A stretch of 64,000 nucleotides of DNA from a virus (Duplodnaviria > Caudoviricetes). The stretch spans positions 1,122 to 65,121 of IMG/VR virus record IMGVR_UViG_3300018080_000179, one strand, 5' to 3'. The notes under the pieces were generated by a model. The model was given only the letters and a program-made list of their open reading frames with translations, did no database searches and was not told the origin of the DNA. Positions within the stretch are counted from its first letter, which is position 1. Each line of letters starts with the position of its first letter. Positions 54,901-62,169 of this stretch are shown piece after piece. Position numbers and translations under genes: made by a program.

Positions 54901-55466
54901 TGTGGAACAACAAGCAGGTGACGCTTGTGTCCACCAAGGCCGAGGTGAAGCTTTCCGATGGAGGCAGAAGGGTCCAGCTTGCCAGTCTTCAGCTTGGCGA
55001 AGACGCCTCCATATCCGTTACCGGCGGGTCTGGAAACACGCAGCTTAACTTCGCTCTCCAGGAGAATGGTGTAGATGCCTACCGCTACTTTACCGGGCTC
55101 GCACAGGAGGTTCAGTGGACGGTTGACGGCAAGGAGGACGACCTTGACAACTATCAGGGCATCCGTGCTGCGGGTGTTCAGGTCGAGGTGATAGAGCCTG
55201 TGACGGTGCCGGTGAGGCTTGAGATAGATGTGACCACATCCGAAGGGACAACCCTTCAGACAATCACAAACAGCATCAAGTCGGCGGTTTCCAACTATGT
55301 GAACAACCTGGCCGTGAAGGACGATGTAATCCTTTCGGCTGTCGTGTGCTCGGTTCGCGGGGTGACGGGGGTGGCCGATGCCAAGGTGACCTCGCCGGAT
55401 GACAATATTCCGATTGCGGACAACTCCCTGGCCCGGATCACTGAAGACGACATTATAGTGGGATGA
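51951..55466 (+). CDS. baseplate J-like wedge protein with large inserted domains
   Basis: TTTGVDLENRAAEYGLER, AVEAGTSSNV, NGLDEESDQDLRDR, RAAGVQV, VRGVTGVAD. Confidence 0.9.
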   Translation: MAIFAPRTYPEIIGDMLARLISATALTDVNWGSVWTSMLEAAAQEDDEQYFQMLQIIRGFSLDTTTGVDLENRAAEYGLEREPASKATTSVTLGDEAVTKVNTGVYSGLAGAAAGDTTINGDSATNFPTSGSIIIGRGTPNVETIAYGTITVFANYVRFNLSAGLSKDHGTDETIVLSQAGNRLFSAGTVVTVPASDQLQQVSFTLDEDATILDGEEEQTGVAVTAVEAGTSSNVPVGAISTFDAKPFPTATVRNPARVTNGLDEESDQDLRDRIKDHIQSLSRGTGQAIITGVLGLVSESDNKRVVSVSLRPNTVPAEVVKLFVDDGTGWIPTYSRVGEEELVASATGGEKYLDVSNFPLVKAFVETQSEEPYNILNNQTLIVEVGGEQEVVTFVDSDFEVPGAATAYEVLAKINTVAVNFEARVSSGGTKTRIFSRFNTGEEIQVTGGTANSSLAFQTDVKYTSKVYLERNNAISLLSKDGRTAAIESGSTADYDFSGGRVHLALVADGKVNNIIKAWFDPSDFVIPSSVDVLEVTDLINARVPAMHCEPSSGNTRINLSSETLRSAESKIRIVDTFTSVFNEETGVLIDRTTEFGSTGSNATMFGANLDYVYLGHDEVPFDSVYVKMATPASADILPVFEYWNGASWVDLGVRDETLGFTQDGHVLFFAPFDWAKTLVSGTNAYWIRVQRTEATVPTPPIESVVKVCGANEIFSFSEEEAEGADNDYRINRFMGQIELTGTLQAGDRVTIGSSNTRAYIASSPATWSGLVGTTFSLYVDGVLQSYMFQAGDFVDPLAASSAEVIAALAGIKGVTMSTTSDDRIKIAANRMTDGTIQAVAGGANTILAFPTDLVTSLVSHQPALESDQEDFTFAQDDFIIVVVDDNLADNFEVPCYKASSLTAVTSPAIVFDTTLNTVFPLDSDLTDFYLLMTSGAQSGQKVAVTAYTAATGRLDIAALPGAPAPTDTYQLIPKTADHVVSLWNNKQVTLVSTKAEVKLSDGGRRVQLASLQLGEDASISVTGGSGNTQLNFALQENGVDAYRYFTGLAQEVQWTVDGKEDDLDNYQGIRAAGVQVEVIEPVTVPVRLEIDVTTSEGTTLQTITNSIKSAVSNYVNNLAVKDDVILSAVVCSVRGVTGVADAKVTSPDDNIPIADNSLARITEDDIIVG

Positions 55467-55467
55467 C

Positions 55468-56595
55468 ATGGTAACAAAACTTGAAAAAATGCAGAGGTTC
55501 GTTCCGGCCCTGTACAAGCCTTCGGTCAACGTGAATATCCGGGGCCTTTTGTATGCGTGGGCTGGTGAGGATGATGCGCTCGTTCAGGCGGTCCAGGACG
55601 CCAAGGAGCAGATATACGTCCTGACGGCCCAGCTTCGCTTTCTGGACGCCCTTGGGGCCAATGTGGGGGTATTCAGGCCTACCGTTTTTAACCTCACTGA
55701 CACGCTGTTCAGGCGGCTCATACCGGCTTTGAGTTTCTACCCCAAGCAGGTGATTCCCACCATCAAGACGGTTCTCGACATCTTCTACGAAGAGAACAAC
55801 CCGAAGGTGAAGGTTCACGAGATAAACGAAAACCAGATAGAAATCCAGATACCATCCTCCATCCCGGCCCTCAGACGGGGACTTCGCGGGGCGCAGCATT
55901 TTCACAGCTATTCGGGCACCATCGTGTCGGTGGACAATGTCCTGAAGGAGATTGTGATAGACCTCGAGGACGATACCAAGGTTTTGAAGGTGGATGAGGT
56001 GCAGGACGGCCTTCTGGGGACACCGGATGCCGGGGACATAATCCTGTCCAATACGGCTGGGACCACGGGCGTCACCCTTCAGTTTGGGGCGGCGAGCGAC
56101 CTGTCGGCCTTTGTGCCCACGGCAAGGTTCATGATGACAAACCCCAGATATCCGGGGTCATACATTCCGGACCCGTCAGCCACATTCACCCTTACAAAGA
56201 ATCGTGGAAGGCTGGGACAGGTCATTACATCGGGGGATCTTGTTCCTAACCTCACAATGCAGGACGCATCAAACATTCCCGACGCACCCGGAAGGCTGTG
56301 CTTCAACTTCGGAAAGCCCACCGAGGAGTCGCTTGTGAGGTATCTTGGGCGACCCAACAACACCACGCTGCTGCTTGATCCGGCCTACATGTTTATCAAC
56401 GACCATGCCGTTGGCGAATGGGTCAACATGGTTGTAGTTCCATATCAGAAGCCGAACAAGAACGGGACGGACTATTCGGTGTATCTCGTTGGCATTGAGG
56501 CGGCGAGGCTTCTGGCGCAGCAGATAGTGGAATCACTTGTGGCGTCAGGTGTGGTGGTAAACTGGACAATCATTGGTCCGCAAATATCTTGTTAG
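55468..56595 (+). CDS. baseplate/tail protein (P2 gpI-like)
   Basis: TAQLRFLDALGANVGVFR...DTLFR; C-terminal LVASGVVV. Confidence 0.75.
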   Translation: MVTKLEKMQRFVPALYKPSVNVNIRGLLYAWAGEDDALVQAVQDAKEQIYVLTAQLRFLDALGANVGVFRPTVFNLTDTLFRRLIPALSFYPKQVIPTIKTVLDIFYEENNPKVKVHEINENQIEIQIPSSIPALRRGLRGAQHFHSYSGTIVSVDNVLKEIVIDLEDDTKVLKVDEVQDGLLGTPDAGDIILSNTAGTTGVTLQFGAASDLSAFVPTARFMMTNPRYPGSYIPDPSATFTLTKNRGRLGQVITSGDLVPNLTMQDASNIPDAPGRLCFNFGKPTEESLVRYLGRPNNTTLLLDPAYMFINDHAVGEWVNMVVVPYQKPNKNGTDYSVYLVGIEAARLLAQQIVESLVASGVVVNWTIIGPQISC

Positions 56596-56604
56596 AGGGA
56601 TGAA

Positions 56605-58899
56605 ATGAAGAAAAGCCAAAGGTTCGTAGCAGACCAGCGTTTTGATCTTCCGCAGTACAACTCGATGATCAATTTCATGGCGCAGGAGTTCCATTCTTAC
56701 AACGAGTCCTTCATATCTGCAGACAACAAGGTCATTGCGAACTGGGTTGTCCAGGATAACGGCGGCCTCCAGATAAAGCTGAACAAGGGTTCGGATTCGG
56801 TGCTTGTCAACTCGGAGCGTGACGGGCGGGAGTCCCTTGTAGTGAGGTGCACATCGTGTGACGACCTGACGCTGGATCTTGAAAACAACTCTGTAAACTA
56901 TGTCGAGGTCGAGCTTTATTCCAACACGACTGGCGATGATTCGGTGGCAGTCTGGGATCCTACGGCAAACAGCGGTGAGGGCGAGGAGTTTATCCAGAAT
57001 GTGGACACGGTGAACCTGTGGGCCACGCACAGGCTGGTAAGCAACACCATCGCCTTCTCGGTCGGGCAGACAAACAGGATTCCACTGGCCGAGGTAACCA
57101 CTTCGGGCGGGTCGATCACAAACATACAGGACGCCCGCGACATGCTGTTTCATCTGGAGATCGACTGGAATTTCGGCTCCCCCAGAACGGACCTTGGAGT
57201 AAGGACGCTCAAGGATGATCTGGACGCGATAAAGACCAGTATAAAGGAAATGAAAGAGCTCTCGTCGTTTGGAGACGCCGAGTGGTATCAGGACACGGGT
57301 GTAGGCACCCTCTCCCTTCTGGAGCGCATAAACTACATCCTGGTCGACGGCGGCCAGATCAAGTGGGACATGCCGAAGGCCGCCGAAGGCAGCATGATAG
57401 CCCACCATGCGTCCCCGGTCGAAGGCATCAAGGATGGTGACACCTTCACCATAAGCGACGGGGTCACGCCCATCACCTTTGAATTCGACACCGACGCATC
57501 TTCTCCGCCCAACCCGGTAACCATCGGTTCGGGTGCCACTGCTGCGGCAGTCAAGGCGGCCATGATAGCTGCAATCAATGCGGCGGCATTTGACATCACA
57601 GCCTCTCCGGGGCCGGACAACAAGATCAGTCTTGTCAACGACAACACCGGCTCCGCTGGAAACGTGGCGATAAGTGAGAATCTGGCCAACAACAACGTCA
57701 CCCTTGCTCCACAGGGAATGATCGACGGCTTCACGAACACAGAGCTTACCTGGACGGACGCCCTCAAGATCATCGCTCCTGGAAGGGCCTATTCGTTCAC
57801 GGTTTCGGCACAGACGGTCAGCAACCTTGCGGACGGCGAGGTTGTCTATGTAACGCTTCCGGATGTTGGAACGGCACCCGGTGGACCGCTGGCGGTGAGC
57901 AAGGCGGCCTCTTCGGCCTACCTTCTGAATGCGGCCAATACCAGAGGCTACATTCTGGCCTACAGGTCGGGCACGAAGGTCTATTTCGGAAACGGCTGGC
58001 AGTCGATGGAACTGGAGAGTGGAGAGGAAAGCCAGCTTGGTGACGGCATCCCAACCGAATGGATCACGGCCATGGGGCTGGTTGATGAATATGACTCCAC
58101 GCCACCCTATACCTCAAGCCACTGGATAACCCCTGGTGCTTCATTCACACAAACCATTTCAGAGCTTGATGCAATAGTAGACATGATCCACGCGGTCACC
58201 ATGGGGCCACGGTATGAGGAGTATGTGGTTTCGGACGGTGGTGCCGGTTTTCAGATCGGTTCCAAGGTCAAGCTGCCTCCAGCCTACGGGGTGGGCGGTA
58301 ACTATACCTATCAGACCGGGATCAGACAGCTTGACATGTTCGTGGACGGCAGGAAGTGGACGTTCGGTGTGGGCGAGGATGTTCTGGAGGATCCAAACAT
58401 CGGTGCCGGTATCGGCGACCAGGTAGAGCTCTTGCGTGCGGTTCCAAACGGCAAGCGCATCACATTCAAGATAACATCCGGTGGCGGACAGGACGGCAAG
58501 GTTGCGGTAAGGCCTGGAAAGCGGGTCAAGAACGGTTCCGGTGCCCTTATTCCTGCAAACAAGGTCTGCGCCTGGGCGGATGACGGGACCATAGTTCTGG
58601 CGGACGCAAACGTGGTCACCCTCTCGGATTTTGCCGGTATTACGGTGGAGCCCATTGCGGACGGGACGTTTGGAGAGGTGGCCAAGATTGGAAACATAGC
58701 GGGGATATGCTCCGGCCTGGGTGCGACGGTTGGCGACAAGGTCTGGATGGACGGGGCGGTTCCGGGGGGTGTGACGCTCACGAAGCCCACGGGTGGTGGC
58801 GACACGGCAATCATGCTTGGATATGCAGAGCCGCCTGACGGTGTGGCCTCTCCGAATGCAGACGACCTCTGGCTTAATCCTGAAATCGCGGTTCTGTAG
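56605..58899 (+). CDS. tail fibre/baseplate-attached protein
   Basis: IPLAEVTT...IQDARDMLF fibre-attachment motif; C-terminal cement-like domain. Confidence 0.8.
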   Translation: MKKSQRFVADQRFDLPQYNSMINFMAQEFHSYNESFISADNKVIANWVVQDNGGLQIKLNKGSDSVLVNSERDGRESLVVRCTSCDDLTLDLENNSVNYVEVELYSNTTGDDSVAVWDPTANSGEGEEFIQNVDTVNLWATHRLVSNTIAFSVGQTNRIPLAEVTTSGGSITNIQDARDMLFHLEIDWNFGSPRTDLGVRTLKDDLDAIKTSIKEMKELSSFGDAEWYQDTGVGTLSLLERINYILVDGGQIKWDMPKAAEGSMIAHHASPVEGIKDGDTFTISDGVTPITFEFDTDASSPPNPVTIGSGATAAAVKAAMIAAINAAAFDITASPGPDNKISLVNDNTGSAGNVAISENLANNNVTLAPQGMIDGFTNTELTWTDALKIIAPGRAYSFTVSAQTVSNLADGEVVYVTLPDVGTAPGGPLAVSKAASSAYLLNAANTRGYILAYRSGTKVYFGNGWQSMELESGEESQLGDGIPTEWITAMGLVDEYDSTPPYTSSHWITPGASFTQTISELDAIVDMIHAVTMGPRYEEYVVSDGGAGFQIGSKVKLPPAYGVGGNYTYQTGIRQLDMFVDGRKWTFGVGEDVLEDPNIGAGIGDQVELLRAVPNGKRITFKITSGGGQDGKVAVRPGKRVKNGSGALIPANKVCAWADDGTIVLADANVVTLSDFAGITVEPIADGTFGEVAKIGNIAGICSGLGATVGDKVWMDGAVPGGVTLTKPTGGGDTAIMLGYAEPPDGVASPNADDLWLNPEIAVL

Positions 58900-58907
58900 G
58901 GGATACA

Positions 58908-59297
58908 ATGGCACACGAAGCTCCACAGCGAAGATACCAGTATACCGGCACGGGGAATATCGTGTCGGGCGCTGCTGTTACGAAGGCGGGGGTAGGACTT
59001 ATCAAATACGCCGACAAGTCTGCGGCGGACAGGTTCCTTGGAGTATCCCTTCAGTTGCTTGCTCAAAATCAACATGGCGATGTGAAGACATCAGGGCGCG
59101 TGCCGGGTGATGTGTTTTCGGTTGTTAACTTTGTAGAAAATGTCATTCCGGCAGATAATTCAAGGATATGGCTTGGACTGAACGGACAGTTTACAGTTTC
59201 ACCTCCTGCTGACCTTTCGGGGCACCAGCAGCAGGTTGTGGGTTTATGGGATGATGGCGATCTTCTTCTTCAACCTCATTTTCTGGGTATTGCTTAA
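58908..59297 (+). CDS. small virion protein, DUF2190/cement-like domain
   Basis: GAAV...KYAD...FLGV...GDVKTSG...IWL...G.FTVSPP...VVG; paralogous to the C-terminus of the upstream gene. Confidence 0.65.
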   Translation: MAHEAPQRRYQYTGTGNIVSGAAVTKAGVGLIKYADKSAADRFLGVSLQLLAQNQHGDVKTSGRVPGDVFSVVNFVENVIPADNSRIWLGLNGQFTVSPPADLSGHQQQVVGLWDDGDLLLQPHFLGIA

Positions 59298-59318
59298 AAA
59301 AAAACGGGGGATTCACTA

Positions 59319-59531
59319 ATGTCTTCAGAAAATGAACCGAAAAAGACTGGGTGTGTGAGCTTTGTCGACGATGAAGTGCAATTCACAGATCCAGACGTAC
59401 AAGCAGACTTTTTAACACGGTGTAAAGCTCTGCAGAAGTACGCCAAGGCCCGGAAGAAGGAGTTTGAGGAACTCCTGGAGGGCAAGGCGGAAGTATCCAT
59501 AATTCTGCGGGTGCTTCCAAAGAAGTCCTAA
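59319..59531 (+). CDS. small hypothetical protein
   Basis: SD GGGGA; 70 aa. Confidence 0.6.
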   Translation: MSSENEPKKTGCVSFVDDEVQFTDPDVQADFLTRCKALQKYAKARKKEFEELLEGKAEVSIILRVLPKKS

Positions 59532-59554
59532 ACCCCATTTGGAGGAATTGAGAG

Positions 59555-61552
59555 ATGGGCGATATTTCCAAACTGCGGGGTGTGATAGACAGCATCCCAC
59601 AAACAATCGACCTGACAGCATCCGGCAATGTGCTGAAAGTCGAAAACTTCAAGATCACAGATTCCGGCGTTACCGCTTCCAAACCCCTGAAGCTCGACGC
59701 GGACAAGAAATTCACATCAGGGGACATCGACCTCACAACTGAAGTAACGGGCACCCTGCCTGTGGGCAATGGTGGTACCGGTTCCGCTTCCGCGATGAAC
59801 AACAACAGGTTCATCATATCCAGTGGTGGCGCAATTGTAGAGCAGTCTGCGCTGACAGGGTCGAGAGCCGTACAGACAGATTCAAACGGTCTGCCTGAAG
59901 CATCGACTGTAACCAGCACAGAACTTGGTTATGTCAGTGGCGTAACCTCTGGAATCCAAACACAATTGAATGCCCTTTCAACGGGCTATTCAAGACGTCA
60001 GGCGGTCATTGAAATCGTAGCAGACAACACTGCAGATCCAGCGGCACGCGAGACCCACGGAAACAGGTACATTCTGGCCGTTGACGGCGGCTCACCCCAC
60101 GCGGGATGGGACGGCGCATCGGCTGGTGACATTGTCGAATTTGTCACCGATACATGGGTCGCGGTATCGCCTCTTGAAGGCTACGTGGCCTATTCGGATT
60201 CGGACAACAAGGACGCGCTGTATGTGGACGATGGCACCCCCGCATGGGAACTTCGTCCGGTTGCGGTCACGGACCACGTTGACCTTGCAAACAAGGGAAC
60301 ATACACCCACACCGAACTCGACTCCCATCTGGACGACGCCACGAAGCACTTTCTGCTTCTTGACGAAGACGACATGGCGTCCGATGACGACAGCAAGGCT
60401 CCCAGCCAGCAGTCAACAAAGAAATATGTCGATGACTCGGTTGGCGCGTTGACTCACGACGGCTTTGCAGACTTTGTTGCAAACGAGCACCTTCCCGGCA
60501 TCGACGAAGACGACATGACTTCGGACAGTGCCAGCCATGTGCCCACGCAGCAGTCGGTCAAGGCCTATGTCGATGCACAGGTTGGCGGATCTTCTCCGGA
60601 CAATCTGAGCTATGCCAGCGTTGCTGGTGAGGCATTCGCTGCGAACACATCGTTTGCAGTCCGCGAGATGATCGGTGCAAACGGCCCGTCAAGCATCTAT
60701 GACGAGGATCTCAATTCAAGCCCTGGCAACATCAGCGATGACCAGACAAGGGCAGGCTCTCCCTTCAGTGATGCCACTGGTGGAACACTGGGAACCGTAA
60801 AGGCGTGGCTCGAAAGGCAGTCCAGCGCAACAACCAACAACCTCATCATGGACATTTATGATGACAACTCTGGAGAACCCGGAAGCGTTATCGCCAACGG
60901 TTCTTCCAATGCTGTTGCTGTAAACACCCTTGCAATTGGAACAGGCAACGGAGCTGCAGCGACAGAGATTGAATTTACGTGGTCAACACCACCGACGATT
61001 GCGGCAAGCACCACCTATCATTGCGTCCTTCGCGGCGATGGGAGCTTTGGAGGCGGACAGGTTTTCGTATTCACATCAGATTCCACTCCAAACGTAAGGG
61101 ACTGGTCAACTGACGGTGGCACCAACTGGTCAAGCTTCAGTGGCTACATGTCCTTTGAGATCATCCTCGCTGGCGAAGAGAAGGGCAAGGTATACAAGGC
61201 CAGCTCGGATGAAGAAAACGAGCCGGGAGAATACCGGGTTGTCGGTCTGGTTCAGGTGGGAGGCACCCCGCTTGCAGAAGGCGACGCCTGCACGGTTCTC
61301 AGATTCAACAAGGCCAAGGCCCTTGGATCTTCGGACAGCGTGATCGGCTCCAGTTCTTCGGATGACGGCGCTTTCCTCTACCTGAACAAGGCAGGGGCCA
61401 TCGGTCTCGATCCTTCCACGGGAATCACAGCGGGCGAGAAGTACGCAATTGTGATCCTTGGGAAGCTGAACGAGTACAATGCGACAGCGGCCAACGAGGA
61501 GATCATGGTGGACGCCGGATTCGGCGGCTTCATGGGATTTGACCTGGGATAA
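59555..61552 (+). CDS. tail fibre protein
   Basis: VTGTLPVGNGGTG, TELGYVSGVTSGIQTQLN, two DEDDMxSD...QQSxKxYVD repeats, DUF2793-like segment. Confidence 0.85.
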   Translation: MGDISKLRGVIDSIPQTIDLTASGNVLKVENFKITDSGVTASKPLKLDADKKFTSGDIDLTTEVTGTLPVGNGGTGSASAMNNNRFIISSGGAIVEQSALTGSRAVQTDSNGLPEASTVTSTELGYVSGVTSGIQTQLNALSTGYSRRQAVIEIVADNTADPAARETHGNRYILAVDGGSPHAGWDGASAGDIVEFVTDTWVAVSPLEGYVAYSDSDNKDALYVDDGTPAWELRPVAVTDHVDLANKGTYTHTELDSHLDDATKHFLLLDEDDMASDDDSKAPSQQSTKKYVDDSVGALTHDGFADFVANEHLPGIDEDDMTSDSASHVPTQQSVKAYVDAQVGGSSPDNLSYASVAGEAFAANTSFAVREMIGANGPSSIYDEDLNSSPGNISDDQTRAGSPFSDATGGTLGTVKAWLERQSSATTNNLIMDIYDDNSGEPGSVIANGSSNAVAVNTLAIGTGNGAAATEIEFTWSTPPTIAASTTYHCVLRGDGSFGGGQVFVFTSDSTPNVRDWSTDGGTNWSSFSGYMSFEIILAGEEKGKVYKASSDEENEPGEYRVVGLVQVGGTPLAEGDACTVLRFNKAKALGSSDSVIGSSSSDDGAFLYLNKAGAIGLDPSTGITAGEKYAIVILGKLNEYNATAANEEIMVDAGFGGFMGFDLG

Positions 61553-61565
61553 GTTAACCTTCAAC

Positions 61566-61590
61566 TGTGGAGGGGCCTGACCCCTCCACA
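61566..61590 (+). other. perfect 10-bp intergenic hairpin without a U tract
   Basis: TGTGGAGGGG-CCTGA-CCCCTCCACA. Confidence 0.6.
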
Positions 61591-61605
61591 CTACAGGGAC
61601 CGCCA

Positions 61606-62157
61606 ATGGGGAGACAGATCAAGTTTGTAAACGGAGCACCCACCACGGTTGAGATTCCGGACAGTGACGATCCTGGAATAAACTGGAATGCACCGGATGG
61701 AAATGCCCCGGTTGAGATTCAGGAGTACAACGAAAACATATTCCTGTTCAGCCCGGATGTTCAGGACAACCAGTTTCTCTACGCATACGTCAAGGTGCCG
61801 GAGAGGTATGTGGAGGGGAACCAGATCAAGATGTATGGCGGGGTCTACACGCCTTCTTCTCCGGGCAGCAACATCCTGATGAAAACCCGGACCTATCTTT
61901 ACAGGCCGGAGACGGATGTTATGGATTCAGTCACCAACTTCCACAACTCGACAAACACTGAAATAACGAATGAAACCAGAAAGTTCCACAATTTAGAATT
62001 CGACCTCACCGACTCGAACGGGAAGATAAACTCAATTTCAGTTAGTGCCGGTGATGTTTTGAAGATAAGATTGAACAGACAAGCCAGTACGGAGACATCT
62101 TCGGACACGGCGGATACGCGGTTCATGCCGAACATGTGTGAATTGTCATTTGGATAA
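61606..62157 (+). CDS. virion beta-sandwich protein
   Basis: VKVPERYVEG...VSAGDVLKIRLNR...DT pattern. Confidence 0.7.
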   Translation: MGRQIKFVNGAPTTVEIPDSDDPGINWNAPDGNAPVEIQEYNENIFLFSPDVQDNQFLYAYVKVPERYVEGNQIKMYGGVYTPSSPGSNILMKTRTYLYRPETDVMDSVTNFHNSTNTEITNETRKFHNLEFDLTDSNGKINSISVSAGDVLKIRLNRQASTETSSDTADTRFMPNMCELSFG

Positions 62158-62169
62158 GTGGAGAGTGGA

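Noticed and set aside
60355-60575. DEDDMxSD...QQSxKxYVD duplicated motif
   Set aside because: A common phage fibre-shaft repeat; recorded in the feature, not novel.
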